The position numbers and the translations under genes were made by a program. From an uncultured Lentisphaeria bacterium (GTDB lineage: Bacteria > Fidelibacterota > UBA8477 > JABMPR01): a stretch of DNA of 64,000 nt. Positions 18,401 through 28,299 of the stretch are shown piece by piece (positions within the stretch are counted from its first letter, which is position 1; each line of letters opens with the position of its first letter). The notes beneath the pieces are model-generated. The model was not told the origin of the DNA and ran no database searches. It saw only the letters and a list, made by a program, of their open reading frames with translations. The stretch spans positions 15,923 through 79,922 of the forward strand of contig CAYXZO010000002.1 of the NCBI GenBank assembly GCA_964469505.1, given 5' to 3'.

Positions 18401-19474
18401 TTACCTTAAGCTTAAACCAATTCCCGCAGTATAAGCGGTACTGGTGGGCGATTTAGTAACCCCCACGCTGATGTAGGTAAGGGGAACAATGCGAAACCAG
18501 ACCCCGGCCCCCATATCCGTGCCGCTGGGTCCATCAAGGGATAATTTAACGGGCACTTCAACATCGCCCCGTTGATAAGTATAGTCCAGATCGAAGCTGC
18601 TGGTTTCAAAACCGGCGTTGGCATAAACTCCGAAGGCAATTACCAGCAAGTTAATGGACTTACCAACCTGCACACCATAGCTGGTGCTCTTCGCCGTGAG
18701 CACATCTCCAATACCGATTTTTTGGTAATTGCCGTAGAGGTTGATCGTGAAAGGAAACATGGGAATTGGGATGTACTGATCCAGGCTCATCCGGACTCCT
18801 AACCCCAAAAGGTCCACCTTACCCAGTTTATCTCCGATCTTGGGCAGATTCAATTTCGGCAAGAAACGAGCCGTCACTTCCATGCCTCCGGGGAGACCTA
18901 CTGAAACCTGGGGCACTCCAAACGGGACGCTGGCTAACCCCAAGCCCTTCAGCGTGAAATCGGGGATTTCCGCTGCCGCGTTGGCAATGGCGGCCCGAAA
19001 ATTCTCCCCTGGAAGCCCGCGGGCATTGAGACTGTCTACCAGCACGTCGGTGATATGAGAGGGATTGGCAGCCATGGTCCTGCTTTCATCACTGGCAATG
19101 GTGGGCATTTCCGTATTAGATCCATAGTAAATGTCACTGTAGGACAACATGATGGTATCATTGGTGCCCGTGATGGGGTTCAGGGCGAAGGCCATCTGCT
19201 GGTCTCCCAAATTGAAATTGAAAGTTTTAACCGAATCCGGAATCATGACCAGGGATAGCTTTACGCCCACATCAAATCCCAGGAAGTGGTGCAAATTGCC
19301 TCGATGGAACCAGTTGGTATTCAGATTAGTACCTAAAGCGTCGCCAACGGGCTGGACATAACTTGTAGCATTATCCTTCAACAGACGCCTAAGGCTTTCT
19401 TTTAAATCTTGCCCATAGCTCACACTAAGGCCTAATGCTAAGAATACAATTAGACCTTTCCTGATTTTTAACAT
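18401..19474 (-). CDS. Secreted/outer-membrane hypothetical protein
   Basis: Signal peptide MLKIRKGLIVFLALGLSVSYGQ; Gly/β-strand rich. The true ATG is at 19474, preceded by AGGAGG (the ORF track started it at the GTG inside the RBS). A strong terminator lies downstream. Confidence 0.55.
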   Translation of the reverse strand: MLKIRKGLIVFLALGLSVSYGQDLKESLRRLLKDNATSYVQPVGDALGTNLNTNWFHRGNLHHFLGFDVGVKLSLVMIPDSVKTFNFNLGDQQMAFALNPITGTNDTIMLSYSDIYYGSNTEMPTIASDESRTMAANPSHITDVLVDSLNARGLPGENFRAAIANAAAEIPDFTLKGLGLASVPFGVPQVSVGLPGGMEVTARFLPKLNLPKIGDKLGKVDLLGLGVRMSLDQYIPIPMFPFTINLYGNYQKIGIGDVLTAKSTSYGVQVGKSINLLVIAFGVYANAGFETSSFDLDYTYQRGDVEVPVKLSLDGPSGTDMGAGVWFRIVPLTYISVGVTKSPTSTAYTAGIGLSLR

Positions 19475-19698
19475 GCTAATCACCTCCTATTGGATTTACG
19501 CTGTTTGCTCGGCGCATATTAATCTTAGCTTACAATTCGCCATTCCCAATGGCCAGTAAAAAAGGTTAATCCAAGTGAGCAAATGATATATACCACATTT
19601 GGCTTATTTTAGATCGTCTGAAACCTTGAAATGCTCCGGCATTGAAAAACGGTTCAAGAAAAAATCAGCAGAGTCGGATGCTTTGACTTAGTAGGAGG

Positions 19699-20376
19699 TC
19701 AGGAGTCGGAATCGGCTGCCGGCCGTGGTTGATGGCGAATCAGTTCTCCCTCCACCAGAAAAACGATATCCTCGGCAATATTAGTAGCTAGGTCGGCGAT
19801 ACGTTCCAGATAGCGCGAAACCGACAGTAGGTGCAGCCCCCGCTCCATCGTCGCGGGCTCAGCGGCCATTCGGGCTTGGAGGACCTTGAACATCTGTCGA
19901 TTCATATCATCCACTGCATCGTCTCTTTCGAGCACTTCCCGGGCCAGCTGAACATCTTGTTCAATCAGGGCGTTCAAGGCCATCCGGGCCATTTCCCGCA
20001 CGGCATCGGCCATCTCGGTCACATCTACTTCCAGGGTCAAAGGTTCATGGGTGGCCAAGTAAGCGGTGCGCTCGGCGATATTGACCGCCAGATCCCCCAT
20101 GCGTTCCAAATCGTTGTTTACTTTCAACGCGGTAATGATGAACCGCAGATCATTGGCCACGGGTTGATGCAAAGCCAGAATTTTCAGGCATTCCTCTTCC
20201 ACTTCCACTTCCCGCTGATCGATTATTGCGTCCCCTTCCATTACTAACCGGGCCAGCTCCGGCCGCCGTTCCTTTAGGGCGCGCAACGAACGATTTATAG
20301 CTTCTTCCACTAATGCCCCCACCCCCAACAATGCTTGCTTCAATTTGTTCAGATCACGGGTTAAATGAATGGGCAT
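19699..20376 (-). CDS. phoU: Phosphate signalling complex protein PhoU
   Basis: Two PhoU repeats; ERIGDHATNIAE-like motifs (ERIADLATNIAE, ERMGDLAVNIAE). Confidence 0.9.
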   Translation of the reverse strand: MPIHLTRDLNKLKQALLGVGALVEEAINRSLRALKERRPELARLVMEGDAIIDQREVEVEEECLKILALHQPVANDLRFIITALKVNNDLERMGDLAVNIAERTAYLATHEPLTLEVDVTEMADAVREMARMALNALIEQDVQLAREVLERDDAVDDMNRQMFKVLQARMAAEPATMERGLHLLSVSRYLERIADLATNIAEDIVFLVEGELIRHQPRPAADSDS

Positions 20377-20393
20377 TTAGGGCTCCTTTCTAT

Positions 20394-21173
20394 TTAGCCG
20401 AATCTACCTGTCAGGTAAGCTTCGGTCTGAGGTTCTTTGGGACGGGTAAAAAGCTCTTCAGTGGGACCGAACTCCACTAAGCGCCCCAGATAGAAGAAAG
20501 CAGTGTAATCCGATACCCGGGCGGCTTGTTGCATGTTGTGGGTTACGAAAACCACCGTGTAGTTGGTCTTTAAATTATCCACCAGCTCTTCGATTTTGCC
20601 AGTGGCCACCGGGTCCAGCGCCGAACACGGTTCGTCCATCAACAAAACCTCCGGTTCCACCGCCAGGGCCCGGGCGATGCATAACCGTTGCTGTTGACCG
20701 CCCGAGAGGGCCGTTCCGGGCTTTTTTAATTTATCCTTAACTTCGTCCCATAGAGCAGCGTCTCGCAGCGCCTGTTCCACCCGTCCCTCCAGCTCGCTCC
20801 GATTCAGCTTTTTGTACAGGCGCAACCCATAGGCAATGTTTTCAAAAATGCTCATTGGAAAAGGCGTAGGCTGCTGGAAAATCATACCAATCCGATGGCG
20901 GAGTTCCTGGGCCGAGACTGAAGGGTCCAAGATATTCTGGCCGTCCATGATGATTTCCCCTTCAGCCCGATGCCCTTTGTACAGCTCAAACATCCGATTA
21001 TAGGTTCTGATGTGAGTGGATTTACCACACCCCGAAGGTCCAATGAATGCCGTGACTTTGTTGCGGGCGATGTCCAGAGTATTGTCGAACAACACTTGCT
21101 GCGGACCGTAGAAAAAATTTAGATGCCGGACGGCGATTTTGCGTTCTTCAGGTGGCAAAAGGTATTCGCTCAT
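20394..21173 (-). CDS. pstB: Phosphate ABC transporter ATP-binding protein
   Basis: Walker [13 protein letters not shown] signature LSGGQQQRL, Walker B LLMDEP. It ends in the PstB-typical TGRFG. Confidence 0.95.
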   Translation of the reverse strand: MSEYLLPPEERKIAVRHLNFFYGPQQVLFDNTLDIARNKVTAFIGPSGCGKSTHIRTYNRMFELYKGHRAEGEIIMDGQNILDPSVSAQELRHRIGMIFQQPTPFPMSIFENIAYGLRLYKKLNRSELEGRVEQALRDAALWDEVKDKLKKPGTALSGGQQQRLCIARALAVEPEVLLMDEPCSALDPVATGKIEELVDNLKTNYTVVFVTHNMQQAARVSDYTAFFYLGRLVEFGPTEELFTRPKEPQTEAYLTGRFG

Positions 21174-22009
21174 ACTTTCCTCCGCTTGACGAAAAAGCGG
21201 GTAAACAAGGTGATCCCCAAAACGCCGGTGGTGATGAGCAAAGCTGCACCCCAGGCCTGGGTGTGCCAGTCATCATAGGGCGACATGGCATAATTGAATA
21301 GAGTAACTGTAAGATTGGCCGTGGGTTCATCCAATCCCCGGGGCCAAAAAGGACTGTTGAGGGCGGTGAACAGCAAGGGAGCCGTTTCACCCGCCACCCG
21401 GGCTATGGCCAACATAATACCAGTCAAAAGACCTCCCGCCGCGGCGGGACGAACCACTTTCCACATTACATGCCAGTAAGGTGCCCCCAGCGCCAGGGCC
21501 GCTTCGCGCAGGGTGGTGGGTACCAACCGGAGCATTTCCTCGGTAGTGCGGGTGACTACCGGCAGCATAATAAGAGCCAGTGACACGCTCCCAGCCCAAC
21601 CGGAAAAATGACCCCGGGGACGCACCAGGATCAGATAAACAAATACTCCAATTACAATTGAAGGCGCTGAAACCAAAAGATCAGAGACGAAACGTACTAC
21701 CGCTGCCGGACGACTTTCCTTACCAAACTCAGCCAGGTATGCCCCGGCCCACAATCCCAGGGGAACGGCCATCACCGTGGCTGCCATGGTCATCAGCAAT
21801 GTCCCCAGGATGGCGTTGGCTAGACCACCACCCGGCATTCCTGGCGGTGCCGGTAGCTGAGTAAAAAAATCTTTGTTCCAGGCCGCCAAACCGCGGGCCG
21901 TAATTTCATAAAGAATCCAGAGCAACATCACCAGGCCCAGCAGAGCGGCAATAGCTGAACAAGCCAATACGATTCTACTTTTCCAACGGCGCATAAGGGT
22001 GCGGGTCAT
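21170..22009 (-). CDS. pstA: Phosphate ABC transporter permease PstA
   Basis: Polytopic permease with the EAA-like loop ([12 protein letters not shown]). Its position overlaps pstB and pstC. Confidence 0.9.
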   Translation of the reverse strand: MTRTLMRRWKSRIVLACSAIAALLGLVMLLWILYEITARGLAAWNKDFFTQLPAPPGMPGGGLANAILGTLLMTMAATVMAVPLGLWAGAYLAEFGKESRPAAVVRFVSDLLVSAPSIVIGVFVYLILVRPRGHFSGWAGSVSLALIMLPVVTRTTEEMLRLVPTTLREAALALGAPYWHVMWKVVRPAAAGGLLTGIMLAIARVAGETAPLLFTALNSPFWPRGLDEPTANLTVTLFNYAMSPYDDWHTQAWGAALLITTGVLGITLFTRFFVKRRKV

Positions 22010-22956
22010 ACCTCACCACTCTTTTCCATACTACGTTTCAGCCACCATTGGGCTAATCCCAGAATAAGCGTCGCCAGCAGGAAAAGCACCAAGCCCAATT
22101 CGATCAACGCCGACAAGTATAAATCGCCATCGGCTTCGGTGAACTCATTGGCCAGCGTGGAGGCGATACTATTCCCGGGAGCAAACAGGGACCAGGAAAG
22201 ATGGTAGGTATTGCCGATGACGAAAGTAACGGCCATGGTCTCACCCAGGGCCCGCCCTAACCCCAACAAAATGGCTCCTACAATACCCTTGCGACCGTAG
22301 GGAATTATGATGGACCTGATGACCTCCCAGGTTGTGCTCCCGAGGCCATAGGCCGCTTCTTTTAATCGTTGAGGTACCAGTAAAAACACATCCCGAATCA
22401 CCGAGGAAATAAATGGCAAAATCATCAATGCCAATACCAATCCCGCCGGCAAGATTCCCACTCCCAGAGGCGGACCGGAGAAAAGAGGTAGCCATCCCAA
22501 GTATTTAGCCAGCGGCGGTTCCAGAATTTCAGCCACTAGGGGAGCAAACACAAATAAGCCCCACATACCGTAAACAATACTGGGGATGGCTGCTAGAAGC
22601 TCTATGGCCGTGCCTAACGGAAAGCGGAGCCAATCGGGAGCTATTTCGGTGAGAAACATGGCAATACCCAGGCTCAAGGGAACTGCCACCAACAGGGCGA
22701 TAATGGTCGTAAGACAAGTTCCCAGCAGTGGGATCAAGGCTCCGAACTTGTCGGTGACCGGATTCCATTCCGCGGAGAGAAAGAACTTTATACCGAATTG
22801 CTTTATAGACGGCCAGGAAGCCACCGTCAGCACTACTAGCAGGGCGGCGAAAAACAAGACCACTAACTGGGCGGAAATTTCCGATACTCCCTGAAAGAGC
22901 CTATCGCCCCAGCTTTGGACGCGGGAATTTGATTTTCTAAACCAACGCAGATTCAT
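22006..22956 (-). CDS. pstC: Phosphate ABC transporter permease PstC
   Basis: Polytopic permease with EAAYGLGSTTWE loop. It lies upstream of pstA. Confidence 0.9.
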   Translation of the reverse strand: MNLRWFRKSNSRVQSWGDRLFQGVSEISAQLVVLFFAALLVVLTVASWPSIKQFGIKFFLSAEWNPVTDKFGALIPLLGTCLTTIIALLVAVPLSLGIAMFLTEIAPDWLRFPLGTAIELLAAIPSIVYGMWGLFVFAPLVAEILEPPLAKYLGWLPLFSGPPLGVGILPAGLVLALMILPFISSVIRDVFLLVPQRLKEAAYGLGSTTWEVIRSIIIPYGRKGIVGAILLGLGRALGETMAVTFVIGNTYHLSWSLFAPGNSIASTLANEFTEADGDLYLSALIELGLVLFLLATLILGLAQWWLKRSMEKSGEV

Positions 22957-23048
22957 GGCTCGACGGGAGAAAATACCTGGCTCTGCATCAGGCGCCTAGC
23001 CTTAACCAGCATTTTCTCTCACCCCCTACCAATTCAGGTCGTTGCCTT

Positions 23049-24086
23049 TTACTTAAAGTCCCACTGAAAGGTCAGGTTACCGATCACGTCATTCCGGCTA
23101 GCATTATTCTGATTATTACCGTTAAGGTAGACATAGACATTCGGCATTACGTGTACCGCAGGAATGGGACGGTAATCCAGGGCTCCAATCACCAGGGAAG
23201 TTTCAGTGTCGCCCGTATCAGTGTCTGGATCATAACGGTCATAACGCAACACCACAGTGGTGGCACTTGTGAGGCCGTACCGTATAAAACCGGAAACGGC
23301 ATTCATATGCGTACCATTGATCCCAACCACGGAGCTTCCTTGGGTGAACGAATAGTAATCCAATCCCATTATCAGACCAGCCAGTTTGTATCCTACGAAG
23401 GTCTTATAAGTAAAATTTTTAGCCCCTGCTCCTTTAGGCTCATAATCCACATAACCTTCTACCAGCAAGCTGCCAAGATCATAAGCCGCTGACAAATACA
23501 CTTTTTTGTATTGGTCATTTTCAGGAGCAGAGTAGTGTGTTCCGTTTGCAATAACTGCCCGATACGACAGTCTTCCATTCAGGAAGACACCTTTGAATCC
23601 AAACCCAACATCAGCGGAACTGGAGCTGTTGGATACTCCGGTTACCCTTTTGAAGTTATCCCAAACAGTTTTCGCCAACCCCCGGTACCCCCACCAATGT
23701 TCAGAAATGCTCCACGTGGGAGTACCAACTATTCCGATGTATGCTGTTGTGTGTGGCCACAAATTTTCCCATCTCAGATATGCCGCCTTAACGAAAGGTC
23801 GCAGTTTGTCATCGGCCTTGCGGTCCACATCGGTGCGGAAGCGGACTGCAAAATCGTCAGTCATTTGTCTGTCTATGGTCATATAGAACCTGGTAAAGGC
23901 GAAGCTGTTGAAATTACCTTCAGTGCGGGGGCCATCGGTGGTGAGGTTGTAGGAATAATTAAAATAGGCTCTACCACTGATCTGGTAATTTGATTGTGGA
24001 TTGGCAGCACTAAAGACTAATTGATATCCAATCAATATTCCCCCCAATACAAATACCAACCAGCGATTCATTCTTATCCCTTTCAT
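23049..24086 (-). CDS. Outer-membrane porin, probably a phosphate-selective OprO/OprP-like porin embedded in the pst operon
   Basis: Signal peptide; β-barrel pattern with a C-terminal ...LTFQWDFK ending in an aromatic residue. It lies between pstS and pstC. Confidence 0.6.
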   Translation of the reverse strand: MKGIRMNRWLVFVLGGILIGYQLVFSAANPQSNYQISGRAYFNYSYNLTTDGPRTEGNFNSFAFTRFYMTIDRQMTDDFAVRFRTDVDRKADDKLRPFVKAAYLRWENLWPHTTAYIGIVGTPTWSISEHWWGYRGLAKTVWDNFKRVTGVSNSSSSADVGFGFKGVFLNGRLSYRAVIANGTHYSAPENDQYKKVYLSAAYDLGSLLVEGYVDYEPKGAGAKNFTYKTFVGYKLAGLIMGLDYYSFTQGSSVVGINGTHMNAVSGFIRYGLTSATTVVLRYDRYDPDTDTGDTETSLVIGALDYRPIPAVHVMPNVYVYLNGNNQNNASRNDVIGNLTFQWDFK

Positions 24087-24238
24087 GACTTCGGTTCAGT
24101 TACTTCCCTAACAGCCCAGCCCCCATCCAAGTCATCTTTCCTCTAATCTCAATCACTCCACAAGAATATCGCATGTGATCAGTTGGTCGTGTCCTCTACA
24201 AACTCATAAGTCTCCAGTATGGGAGGAAAATCATTGGT

Positions 24239-25273
24239 CTATTTCCAAATCGGTTCTCCACTGGTTGAACGCAATGTTTTACGCCAGCTTTGTTCCACCA
24301 GTTGAATCACTTTCCTCGGCAAAGGCACGTAATCCAGCTCTAGAGCCGCTTGGCCCCCATTCATGAAACACCAGTGGAAAAACTCCAGGACCGCCTTAGC
24401 CTTTGCAGGTTTGGCAACCGTCCGCGGCATCAGAATAAAAGTGGCACCGGTGATGGGCCAGGCTTGCTCGCCTGGTTGATTCGTGAGTACCAGATAGAAA
24501 TCCCGGGCTCGGTCCCAGCGAGCGTGGGCAGCCGCAACCTGAAAGGTGGTCGAGGAGGGATTAACAAACTTTCCAGCCAAATTTTTCAGCTGAACATAAC
24601 TCATGTGGCTCTGGACTGCGTAAGCATACTCCACATACCCCAGGGCACCGGGGATTTTTCTGACGAAGGCTGCCACACCCTCGTTACCTTTACCCCCCAA
24701 ACCTGCCGGCCAGGCGACAGCCTTACCGTACCCCACTTTACTTGCCCACTCTGAGCTGACTTGGGCAAGGTAATGGGTAAAAATCCAGGTGGTACCGCTC
24801 CCGTCGGCGCGGTGAATCACCGTTATTTTTTGATCTGGAAGTTCTACCCCAGGGTTGAGCTGCCTTATTATCGGATCATCCCATCGGGTGATCTTGCCCA
24901 GAAAGATATCAGATAATACTTCCGGCGTTAGACGAAGTTTGCCCGGAGCAATTCCTTGAATATTCACAACTGGGACCACTCCCCCCAGAACCATGGGCCA
25001 TTGTGTTAAACCGTACTCCTTCAATTTTTCCGGCTTCAGGGGGGCATCGGAAGCTCCAAAGTCCACCGTGCGTGATTTGATCTGCTTAACTCCTCCACCG
25101 GAGCCGATAGATTGATAGTTGATCCGAATACCTGTCTCCCGATAGTACTGATAAGCCCACCGTGAATATATTGGATATGGGAAAGTGGCTCCGGCACCGG
25201 TCAGGCTGTTCACCTGACCCCAAACTCCGGTCAACATACCGGCCAGCCACAAACTGACGATAACCCTAATCAT
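24239..25273 (-). CDS. pstS: Phosphate-binding periplasmic protein PstS
   Basis: SGAGATFPYPIYSRWA and SGTT motifs of the PstS family; signal peptide. Confidence 0.9.
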   Translation of the reverse strand: MIRVIVSLWLAGMLTGVWGQVNSLTGAGATFPYPIYSRWAYQYYRETGIRINYQSIGSGGGVKQIKSRTVDFGASDAPLKPEKLKEYGLTQWPMVLGGVVPVVNIQGIAPGKLRLTPEVLSDIFLGKITRWDDPIIRQLNPGVELPDQKITVIHRADGSGTTWIFTHYLAQVSSEWASKVGYGKAVAWPAGLGGKGNEGVAAFVRKIPGALGYVEYAYAVQSHMSYVQLKNLAGKFVNPSSTTFQVAAAHARWDRARDFYLVLTNQPGEQAWPITGATFILMPRTVAKPAKAKAVLEFFHWCFMNGGQAALELDYVPLPRKVIQLVEQSWRKTLRSTSGEPIWK

Positions 25274-25363
25274 GATTTCCCCTTATTTGTGGTTATCTGT
25301 AAAGAAATTAACGTGCATGTCAGGCTATAAATGCTTTTCACATCATAAAGTTTAATCCGCAAA

Positions 25364-25402
25364 TGTTAAGACAGTGTTAAAAGGCTGTTAAGTTTCAGTT
25401 AA
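25364..25402 (-). promoter_or_regulatory. Pho box: four direct hexamer repeats (TTAACA on the pstS coding strand) phased every 11 bp
   Basis: On the plus strand, TGTTAA starts at 25364, 25375 and 25386, and AGTTAA at 25397. The spacing is exactly 11 bp, the positions lie 90-130 bp upstream of the pstS start, and the motif matches the PhoP/PhoB-type TT(A/T/C)ACA direct-repeat consensus. Confidence 0.6.
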
Positions 25403-25454
25403 TCTATCAGCTACACTACGAATTCAGTAAGAATGCTTATTGAAATGATCTGAG

Positions 25455-27218
25455 CTAGGAGGCAGAATCCTCATTAATAGCCAGGGGTACCATCACCCGA
25501 AAAGTGCTGCCGTGGCCCGGCGTGCTTTCGACTTCCACTCTACCACCGCTACTTTCCACGATATGTTTCACAATTGCCAGCCCCAATCCGGTACCCCCCA
25601 GTTCCCGAGAGCGAGCCGGATCAACCCGGTAAAAGCGCTCGAAAATGCGTTCCTGATGCCGGGGCTCAATCCCAATGCCGGTGTCCTTCACCTCCAAAAC
25701 GGCTTCTTTTCCTTTCCGGAAAGCGGCAAGGGTGATCCTCCCAGGAGCGGGAGTGTATTTTATAGCATTGTCCACCAGGTTAAATCCAACTTCCTCCAGG
25801 GCATCATCTTCCAACAACACCGGCAAAGGCTTGGAGGGAATTTCCAGGATTATTTCCAACCCACGATCTTCAGCTTGGGGTTTCAACGCTCGGTACACAT
25901 TCTTAAGAATCAGGCCCAAATCACTGGCAACTGTTTGGATATCCGGTCTTGCTTCCCAGCGCGCCAAAGTCAGCAGATCCCGGACCAGGCGTGTCATCCG
26001 CTCAATTTGCTTATGGAGACGGCTTAAGAATTCACGTTGTTGCTCAACCGTTAAATCGGAGGTCTCCAGCAGCGTTTCCACTATGCCCTGCATGGCAGTG
26101 ATGGGGGTTTTCAGCTCGTGGGAAACGTTGGCCACAAAGTCCCGCCGAATGGTCTCCAGCTGGATCTGATGGGTTTTATCATCCAGAACCAGCAATATGC
26201 CCTCCAGCTTTCCGGGAGCTTTTTGGAGCGGGCGGACTAAAACACTAAGAACTTTTTCTCCGGCTTCCGTTTCCAGTCGCAACTCCCGAGCCAGGGTCTG
26301 TTTTTCCTCCAGCCCTTTTCGCACCAATTCCTGGAGCTCAGCAAAGCGCAGTATTTCAAAATACGAGCGGGGAGCAGAGAAAGGCCAATTGCAGTTGAGA
26401 AACTCAGCCGCCGGCTTGTTCATCATGACGACAGATCCATGGGAATCGATCAACAGCACCCCCTCTTGCAGGGCGTCCAACATTGCCGGCAATTTCCGTC
26501 GCTCGGCTGCCAACTGTCGCAGACGTTTTTCATGGCGCCGACGCAATTGGTTGAAGGCTGCCGCTATCCAACCGAATTCATCTTCTCGTAACGTCGCTAA
26601 GGGAGCATCAGGGGCTGGAATCAGTTGCCGCACTTTCTGAGCCAGATTTTGTAAGGGCAGATTAACCAGCCAAGCCAACAGTGCCGCCAACCCAATGCCT
26701 ACCCCCAGACTCAAAGGCCACCCAAACGCCCACAGGCGCCGGCGCAAGCTGCTGAACCCCGGTGGTAATTGGGCCGGAATCTCAAGGAGTATCCAGCCCT
26801 GACCATGATTCAGTTCTTGTCGCAAGCGATAAACCGGCCGTTGCCACCAGGGACTGAATTGGGCTTTACGCGAAGTTATTACGGTGGGAATTCGGGACGG
26901 GGGCTGGTCAGGGGGATTTAGCAAATTCGCTGGGGCTTTCCAGAAAAGAACCTGCCCTACTGAATCGGAAACCACAACCAGCACCCCGTTTTGAGCTGCA
27001 ATTCCGGATATGTGTCGGCGCCAGCTTGCGTCCATACCCGGCACTCCCAATGAATCCAGCTCGTTTATTCGCTGTAAAGTTCGTTTGAGCCGTAGTTGGA
27101 GCTGTTCCCGTCCGGTATGAGCAATCTGTCTGTCCAGCAGCCAGATCAACAGCCCCACGCTGACAATTGTCGGAATCGCCGTAGCCAGCCACAATTTCCA
27201 GAAAAAGTGCCGTTTCAT
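25455..27218 (-). CDS. phoR: Phosphate regulon sensor histidine kinase PhoR
   Basis: Two TM segments, a PAS domain, the HisKA H-box (VSHELKTPITAM) and HATPase G-boxes (GTGLGLAIVK). The gene overlaps phoB. Confidence 0.85.
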   Translation of the reverse strand: MKRHFFWKLWLATAIPTIVSVGLLIWLLDRQIAHTGREQLQLRLKRTLQRINELDSLGVPGMDASWRRHISGIAAQNGVLVVVSDSVGQVLFWKAPANLLNPPDQPPSRIPTVITSRKAQFSPWWQRPVYRLRQELNHGQGWILLEIPAQLPPGFSSLRRRLWAFGWPLSLGVGIGLAALLAWLVNLPLQNLAQKVRQLIPAPDAPLATLREDEFGWIAAAFNQLRRRHEKRLRQLAAERRKLPAMLDALQEGVLLIDSHGSVVMMNKPAAEFLNCNWPFSAPRSYFEILRFAELQELVRKGLEEKQTLARELRLETEAGEKVLSVLVRPLQKAPGKLEGILLVLDDKTHQIQLETIRRDFVANVSHELKTPITAMQGIVETLLETSDLTVEQQREFLSRLHKQIERMTRLVRDLLTLARWEARPDIQTVASDLGLILKNVYRALKPQAEDRGLEIILEIPSKPLPVLLEDDALEEVGFNLVDNAIKYTPAPGRITLAAFRKGKEAVLEVKDTGIGIEPRHQERIFERFYRVDPARSRELGGTGLGLAIVKHIVESSGGRVEVESTPGHGSTFRVMVPLAINEDSAS

Positions 27219-27931
27219 GATTCGCCTTTAAAACGATATCCCACGCCACGGATCGTTTCCAGTAAAACCGCAGCCGGCCCCAGTTTCTTACGCAAAGCTC
27301 TGATGTGGACGTCCACCGTACGGGGAGCCACAATTACCCCCGGTTCCAGTAGGCGCTGCAATAACTGCTTGCGGGTAAACACCCGCCCGGGTGCGGAAGC
27401 TATTACGTACAACAGCCGGAATTGGGTAGCCGTTAAGTCCACTTTCTGGGCCCCTACCAAGACTTCCATACGCAGAGGGTCGATTCGCAGGAATATGGAT
27501 TGTGGTCCGTGAGCAAAAGTGAATTGTAGTGTATTATCAGGGATATTGGTTTGGATTGGCCCTCGGCGCAGAACTGCTCGCACCCGGGCTACCAATTCCT
27601 TGGCACTGAATGGTTTGATGAGATAATCGTCGGCCCCGGCCTCCAGTCCCAGCACCACGTCGTCTTCCTCACCTTTGGCAGTTACCATGATTATTCTGAT
27701 ATCCCGTGTGCGCGGGTCTTGACGCAAGCGGCGACAAATCTCCAGGCCATCCAGCCCGGGGAGCATGATATCCAACAACACCAGCTCTGGGAGTAGGGTT
27801 TGAATACCCTTTAACCCCACTTCCCCATCACCGGCCGATTGCACTTTGAACCCTTCCCTGCTAAGACGGAACGTCATTACCTCCCGGATATCCGGTTCAT
27901 CTTCCAGGATAAAAATCCGGGGAGTATCCAT
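27215..27931 (-). CDS. phoB: Phosphate regulon response regulator PhoB (OmpR family)
   Basis: Receiver domain (DEPDIRE...LLDIMLPGLDG) and an OmpR-type winged helix (VDVHIRALRKKL). Confidence 0.85.
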   Translation of the reverse strand: MDTPRIFILEDEPDIREVMTFRLSREGFKVQSAGDGEVGLKGIQTLLPELVLLDIMLPGLDGLEICRRLRQDPRTRDIRIIMVTAKGEEDDVVLGLEAGADDYLIKPFSAKELVARVRAVLRRGPIQTNIPDNTLQFTFAHGPQSIFLRIDPLRMEVLVGAQKVDLTATQFRLLYVIASAPGRVFTRKQLLQRLLEPGVIVAPRTVDVHIRALRKKLGPAAVLLETIRGVGYRFKGES

Positions 27932-28014
27932 CTTTTACTCGGTTCTTACAATTTTGAAAAAGTTCGCTGAGGAGGTGAATGGGGAAAATAATTAGAGATG
28001 GTCACCAGCATTGG

Positions 28015-28296
28015 TCAGTCCGACAAGGTCGGCGGTCGTTTCCAGGGAAATTCATATTCCAGAATATCGGCACAGCGGATAAAGTCATTGGCATCCATGG
28101 CAGCCAAGAGCCGCTCCAATAAGGTCTGAATCTCCTGCAGAGATTGTAATTGCAGCACCTCTTCCAACTGCCCGGCTCTGATGGTCTCTTGCAGCGCCTC
28201 GGCAAATAGCCGCACTTTATCAAAACCTTCCTCGAAACGACCGGTGCGATATGCTACGGCTATTTCGCGGGCCAAGTCGCGTACGTCCTCACTCAT
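28015..28296 (-). CDS. Small α-helical hypothetical protein
   Basis: 93-aa ORF 4 nt downstream of the DUF115 gene. No recognisable motif. Confidence 0.4.
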   Translation of the reverse strand: MSEDVRDLAREIAVAYRTGRFEEGFDKVRLFAEALQETIRAGQLEEVLQLQSLQEIQTLLERLLAAMDANDFIRCADILEYEFPWKRPPTLSD

Positions 28297-28299
28297 GGG

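Noticed and set aside
27932-28014. A second Pho box upstream of phoB
   Set aside because: No phased TTAACA/TGTTAA repeats occur in this 83-bp spacer. phoB may be read through from the upstream DUF115 genes or use a different element.
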